Assembly: GCF_000143415.4 (NCBI RefSeq)
Contig: NW_003314294.1
Location: 1 to 54,359, forward strand
Source of the DNA: Selaginella moellendorffii
Taxonomy: Eukaryota > Plantae > Lycopodiophyta
Reading direction: 5' to 3'
DNA length: 54,359 nt
Shown: positions 49,441-54,359 of the stretch, piece after piece
Numbering within the stretch: the first letter of the stretch is position 1
How the letters are laid out: each line of letters begins with the position of its first letter
Made by a program: the position numbers and the translations under genes
Notes under the pieces: generated by a model
Databases searched by the model: none
Told to the model about the DNA's origin: nothing
What the model saw: the letters and a program-made list of their open reading frames with translations, nothing else

Positions 49441-51903
49441 CTACCAGTAGTCTCCACAAGAACACGCACCATTCTCAAAGTGGTGGAAGCGTATAGCATC
49501 ACGAACAACGATCTTCCTCCCCACAACCTTGGAGATGGCCTTGACGGCTGCATGGCAATCAAAGCACACGCGGAGGTTCTTGACAATGTGGAGCGCCGTT
49601 CCTGGCGGAGTGGAGATCAGCCCAAACGCGATCGCCAGCCTCTCACTGTGGTACCAAAGCAGCTGCTCCTTCTCCTCCTCCTCCACGTCCCGAAGAACAG
49701 CCCTCACGTCAGCGACATAGCCCGCCTCCTTGACTCGCGCCTTGAGCCTCTCGATCTCTGCGTGAATCCTCCCGAGCTGCGGGTGGAGCTTCTGCGCCGC
49801 CATGAACTCGTGGACGCGATCCTTCACTTCGATGCTGCTCAATCCCGGCTGCTTGGTTATCCCCCTGAGTCTCATCGCCTTCCTCGTTCTCCTGGCCTCG
49901 TCCATCCTCCCGGTCGAGGAGTAGAGGTTTGAGAGCAGTATGTAAGGCCCCGAGTCCTCTGGATCCAGCTCGTAGATAAGCTCCGCGATGCGAGCCCCTC
50001 GATCGACGTCTCCGTGCATCCTACATGCGCCTAGGAGAGCTAGCCATGCCGAGGAGTCGGGCTCGTATGGCATGCTGTTGATGAGATCTTCGCTGAGCTG
50101 CAACTGGCCGGACCTTCCCAGGAGATCGATCAAGTTGAGGTAGTGCTCAAATACCGGCACCACTCCAAAGTCGCGTATCATCGAGACGAAGTAGTCCACC
50201 CCGTCCATGGAGCGACCGGCGTGGCTGCATGCGAAGAGGAGGCCGAGAAAGGTGATGCCGTTCACTTCCAGGGCGCCTTGAACCATCTCGTGGTAGAGCT
50301 CGATAGCCTCCGTCTCGTAGCCGTTCTGTGCGTAAGCAGCGAGTATGGCGGACCAAGTCACGGTGTTTTTCTTTCCCAGGCTGTCGAAGATGGCTCTTGC
50401 GTTATCCAGTCGCCCGCATTTGCCATAGAAGTGCATGACCGCCGTGCCGAGAGCCACGTCCATGGGAATCCCGCTTGCGGTAATGTCGTCGTGGACCATC
50501 CGGCCTTCCGTGTGTGCTGCTAGAGCCGCGCAAGCGTCGATGATGGTGAGGAACGTCACTGCGTCTGGCTGAACCCCCTCCAAGTCCATGGATCTAAACA
50601 CCTGGATGGCCTTCTTGCACTGCCAGTTTTGAGAGTAGACTGCAACCATGTTGTTCCAAGTCACCAAGTTCTTCCGAGGTAGACTGTCGAACACGGCCCT
50701 GGCAGCGTCCACGTTTTTACACTTCCCAAACATGTTGACGAGCGACGTCCCCACCATGATATCGGACTCGAGCCTCTTGTCCACAGCTATAGCATGGACG
50801 ATCCGGCCTTCTTCTTCGGATGGAAGACTGGCACAGGCGTCGATTGCGTTGATCAGAGTGACTTGGTTCGCTATCACACCCTCTAAGTCCATGGTCTTGA
50901 AGAGGTGGAGAGCTTCCTTGCCTAGACCGTTTTGCGTGTAAGCTCCAATGATGCCGTTCCAGGAGATCACGTCCCTGTTCTCCATTCTGTCGAAAAGTAC
51001 CCGAGCTTCGTTCATGTTTCCATCCTGAGCGTATGCCACCACCATCATGTTCCACGTTGCAGTGTTGCGCTGAGGCATGTCGTCAAAGAGTTGTCTTGCT
51101 TCCACCAGGCGACCGTTTTGAGTGTAGGCCGTGACCAAAGATGTCCAGGAAATCACGTCCCTCCTGGTCATCGTATCGAATGCCTGCTTCGCCTTGCCCA
51201 AGCAGCCACACTTGCCATAGAGGTTGATGATGGCGTTGCCGACGTCCACATCTAGATGCAAGCCGTGGAAAACTGCCCTGGCATGATACGTCTTTCCAAG
51301 AACCAAGTTCCGGATGTTCGAGCAGGAGTTTAAGATGCAGACGAAAGTGATCCGGTTTGGAGAGACGCCTTCTTGATCCATCATGCAAACCAACCTGATA
51401 ACTTCGTTTCCTGGCGAGCCCGTGATGATGGTGTTCCATGAAGCAACGTCCCTTGCCGGCATTTCATCGAAGAGAAGCCTCGCTTTGTGTTGATAACCAT
51501 ACTGGCAATATGCTGTGATCATCGTGTTCCAGGACACTGTGTTCCGATCCGGGTTCCGACCAAAGATTTCTTCTGCCTCTTCCAGACGACCGTTGCGGAT
51601 GAAGACCGTCATCATGATGTTCCAGGAAAACGCGTTCTTTTCCTGAATCTGGTCGAACACTGACCTCGCCTCTGCAATGCCCCCACACTTGCCATACATC
51701 TCGATAAGCAGATTCGCGATGAGTCTGTCACTGGCATATCCATCCTTGACAAGGCAAGAATGGACCCGCTTGCCCTCCAGCAGGGCCTTCGAGTCGGCGC
51801 ATTTCTTGAGAAGCAAGACGTAAGTCGAGATTTCTTCTCGCCGCTCATCAACTGTCCTCCTGTTACCATTTGCAACTGACCACCCCGCAGTAGCGACGTC
51901 CAT
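49441..51903 (-). CDS. PLS-E-DYW PPR protein (putative C-to-U RNA editing factor), 820 aa
   Basis: Long PLS array, PGLSSIE, HSERLA...CFDCH, terminal DYW; intronless. Confidence 0.95.
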   Translation of the reverse strand: MDVATAGWSVANGNRRTVDERREEISTYVLLLKKCADSKALLEGKRVHSCLVKDGYASDRLIANLLIEMYGKCGGIAEARSVFDQIQEKNAFSWNIMMTVFIRNGRLEEAEEIFGRNPDRNTVSWNTMITAYCQYGYQHKARLLFDEMPARDVASWNTIITGSPGNEVIRLVCMMDQEGVSPNRITFVCILNSCSNIRNLVLGKTYHARAVFHGLHLDVDVGNAIINLYGKCGCLGKAKQAFDTMTRRDVISWTSLVTAYTQNGRLVEARQLFDDMPQRNTATWNMMVVAYAQDGNMNEARVLFDRMENRDVISWNGIIGAYTQNGLGKEALHLFKTMDLEGVIANQVTLINAIDACASLPSEEEGRIVHAIAVDKRLESDIMVGTSLVNMFGKCKNVDAARAVFDSLPRKNLVTWNNMVAVYSQNWQCKKAIQVFRSMDLEGVQPDAVTFLTIIDACAALAAHTEGRMVHDDITASGIPMDVALGTAVMHFYGKCGRLDNARAIFDSLGKKNTVTWSAILAAYAQNGYETEAIELYHEMVQGALEVNGITFLGLLFACSHAGRSMDGVDYFVSMIRDFGVVPVFEHYLNLIDLLGRSGQLQLSEDLINSMPYEPDSSAWLALLGACRMHGDVDRGARIAELIYELDPEDSGPYILLSNLYSSTGRMDEARRTRKAMRLRGITKQPGLSSIEVKDRVHEFMAAQKLHPQLGRIHAEIERLKARVKEAGYVADVRAVLRDVEEEEKEQLLWYHSERLAIAFGLISTPPGTALHIVKNLRVCFDCHAAVKAISKVVGRKIVVRDAIRFHHFENGACSCGDYW

Positions 51904-54359
51904 CTAATCGTCGTCATCTGTGATTGTGAAGGCCCTTCTTTTGGCTGGCTTCGGTATGGCTTCAGCTTCGGTACCTGCTAAATCCTCCAAGTCCATCATG
52001 TCCTGGCTAGCGTCGTCAGCAGTTTGGTGTTTCACCAGTCTTTTCTTTCTGTTTACAGGGTGCCCTGGAGGAACATCGAGCCTGAAAGAAGCGCTAGGAA
52101 GTTGGCGTCTTGATAAATTGGCAAGTTACAACTTACACTTCCTGAAGGTCCACTTCCGCATCGGATGGCAACCTGTTTTCCTCCACGTAGTCAGCGTTGT
52201 TAGCAGCAGGTAGTGTTCTGTTCTCTGTATCTCCCTTCTCAAGGTCACCTTCATCGTCATCTTCTTCTGATTCAGTCCACTCCTGATTGTCTTCAGAACT
52301 CTCACCGTCCTCCCTGCAAACGTCATGAGAAATCTATAAATCCATCAAGGTTTTGAACTGACCATTCATTCAAAGGCTGGACGCCGTCGTGATTGCCCTT
52401 ATCTAACTCGTCGTCCTCCATATCGTCATTCCTGTGACAAATGTTTTGCAGCTTCTGAGTGTGATGGTAAAAGGCTTTACCTGTCGGCGTCAATTGGACT
52501 TGTTCCATCAGCGTGAATGTGAGATGGTGTAGTCCCGTTACGATGTAGACCGAGCTGTTTTAGCTTTCTTGTTACTTGCGCACTGGATATCTTCCCATCG
52601 CTATCCAATGCTCCTGCAATCAGTTTGGAGCAGCTACGCTTGTGCTTAAACCTGAAACAAAACATCCTCCAGGTGTTAAAGAAAATTAAGGTAAAGTCTT
52701 ACTGTTGGAAAAGCTCAATAATGCGCTTTTCATCTTCCTCATTGAAAGGACCCCTTCTGCGTTTCTTGGGCACAGGTACTGTTCTATGAGCAACTCCTCG
52801 TTCGCCAATAATACTAAGAAGAGGAAAGTCAAGGAACGAACCTAAGTATAGGAAAATGTACCTCGTGGATTCAGAAGCCAGGTTGACAAAACCATCATCA
52901 GCTTCTTCTTGAAGAGCGTCCGCAAGGCAAGTAATAGATGTATCCCCTTCGAACTCGTAATCATCGGCAATGTCACGGGATGATTCACGGCTTCTTGTAA
53001 ACAGCACATCCACGTAAAGCCAAGGATTCGACTTCAGTTTCTTGAAAAAGTTACGAACGACTTTGTTGATGAAGGAGATGAGGAATTTGTACTCTTCTAG
53101 TTTTTGAAGTTTTTCATCCAAAAGGATGGTTTCAAAGGTTTCAAGGATTGAAATCTGCAATATTCAGGCTTAAAACGAATCAATTCGGAAAACAAACTCG
53201 ACAGACCTCGTATAGCAAGGGCTCCAGCTCGCAATCTTTGCATATCCGGTGGAGCATACAAACGATGTAATAATTCAAGGCAGGGCTGTTGGACTGGTAG
53301 AATGTCAGGAGCCAGCAATAGTTGGAAACGGTTGTACTGTCTGCAAACGTATTAACGCATTTGAGGACGTTAAAAGTGCCTTCTCGCGTTGAAACATTAT
53401 CATGGTCGTCTTGGAGGTCGTCAAGCAGTGGCTCTGCTTGCGCCTGCTCCTTATCACCTCCCGCCTGCTCCTGATCACCCCCCGCCTGCTCCTGATCTCC
53501 TCGCAAAATGTCGTTATTTTCCTCTAGTGAAGCCTTCGACGCTTCAATACTCTCAGGTCCCGCATCTGATAAATCTTTAGAGTCATCCTGTTTTTTCCTG
53601 GATACTTTATTTCGAGCCTTTTGGACAACCTGCTCCAAAATACATCTCAAATTTGCGATATAGAGGCATTTATTTAACTTACTCTCAAAGCACCGTCTTC
53701 CTGGATTGTATTTTCCATCAGTTTCAATGCGACATGAGTAATTTCGACCATGTTCTCAAGATATCTACATGGACAAAAATATGCATTCTTTTAAAGTTTC
53801 AAATAAATTCCCTTTACCTCCGAGGTTGTTTGTAGTTGTTGAATGCCTTGATTGATCTACAGCATGTATTCAAGATGCCTCTTTCGGTCTGATCATAGAA
53901 AACCTTATAAGTAAGCGTCCTAGCAGTGCGAACATCACGATTGGAGAAATTTGACCGTTTCTTGAGCACTAAATCCAGAATATGAATCTAGAAAAGAGAA
54001 AACAGAAAAGAAAGAATAAGCCGACACTACGAGGGAACTAGGCTTACCATCTCTTTTAGCAGGGAAACAACCGCGACAACCGGGATCCAGTCATTAGGAG
54101 ATTTAGCAGCTTCCGTATAATCATGCCATTTTGATACAACCATCTGAAACGTCTCTTCATTCATTGTACATGAAACATGACCACAGACTGAATCTGATAA
54201 AGCACTTTCATCTGCCTGTCAAAGGTAGTAAGGAACAGAACTCAAGTAAAGACAACTTACAAGTGTTTTCAGAAGCTTATAGCGTTGATAGCTTAGAAAA
54301 AATTCAGCAACTTCATAAAAGGTAACAAAATCAGAAGTCTCAATCTCTCGCCGTTCTCT
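51904..54359 (-). CDS. TIM: TIMELESS-family protein, 3' exons (gene continues beyond the window)
   Basis: Spliced exons give NYCWLLTFYQSNSPALNYYIVCMLHRI..LEPLLYE/ISILETFETIL...NPWLYVDVLF, a Myb-like C-terminal segment (AQVTRKLKQLGL) and an acidic tail. The last exon 52081-51904 ends KRRAFTITDDDD*. Confidence 0.85.

Overview
Eukaryotic land-plant nuclear DNA. Very short GT-AG introns, GC-rich intronless PLS-class PPR genes and tight gene packing suggest a lycophyte such as Selaginella (inference). Positions 1-19.5 kb are a nest of LTR retroelements: two copies of an apparently non-coding, LARD-like element whose 1.7-1.9 kb LTRs carry variable tandem arrays, a solo LTR of that family with a GAGTG TSD, decayed Ty3/gypsy pol fragments, and a small solo LTR. 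Positions 21.5-28.3 kb are a tandem duplication of a secreted unknown-domain/bulb-lectin gene plus a PLS-PPR gene; one lectin copy is disrupted and one PPR copy is 5'-truncated. Positions 28.3-35.4 kb are a very compact cluster: ASY4-like, mitochondrial uL14 (HLL-like), oligopeptidase A and a PPR-DYW. Positions 37-40.5 kb hold a fossil P-element/THAP9-like transposase. A CRINKLY4-like receptor kinase, a second PPR-DYW and the 3' part of a TIMELESS gene follow. The most striking observation is that all three intact PPR genes start 0-136 bp after the stop of a same-strand conserved gene. In one case the TIMELESS stop TAG abuts the PPR-DYW ATG in frame.
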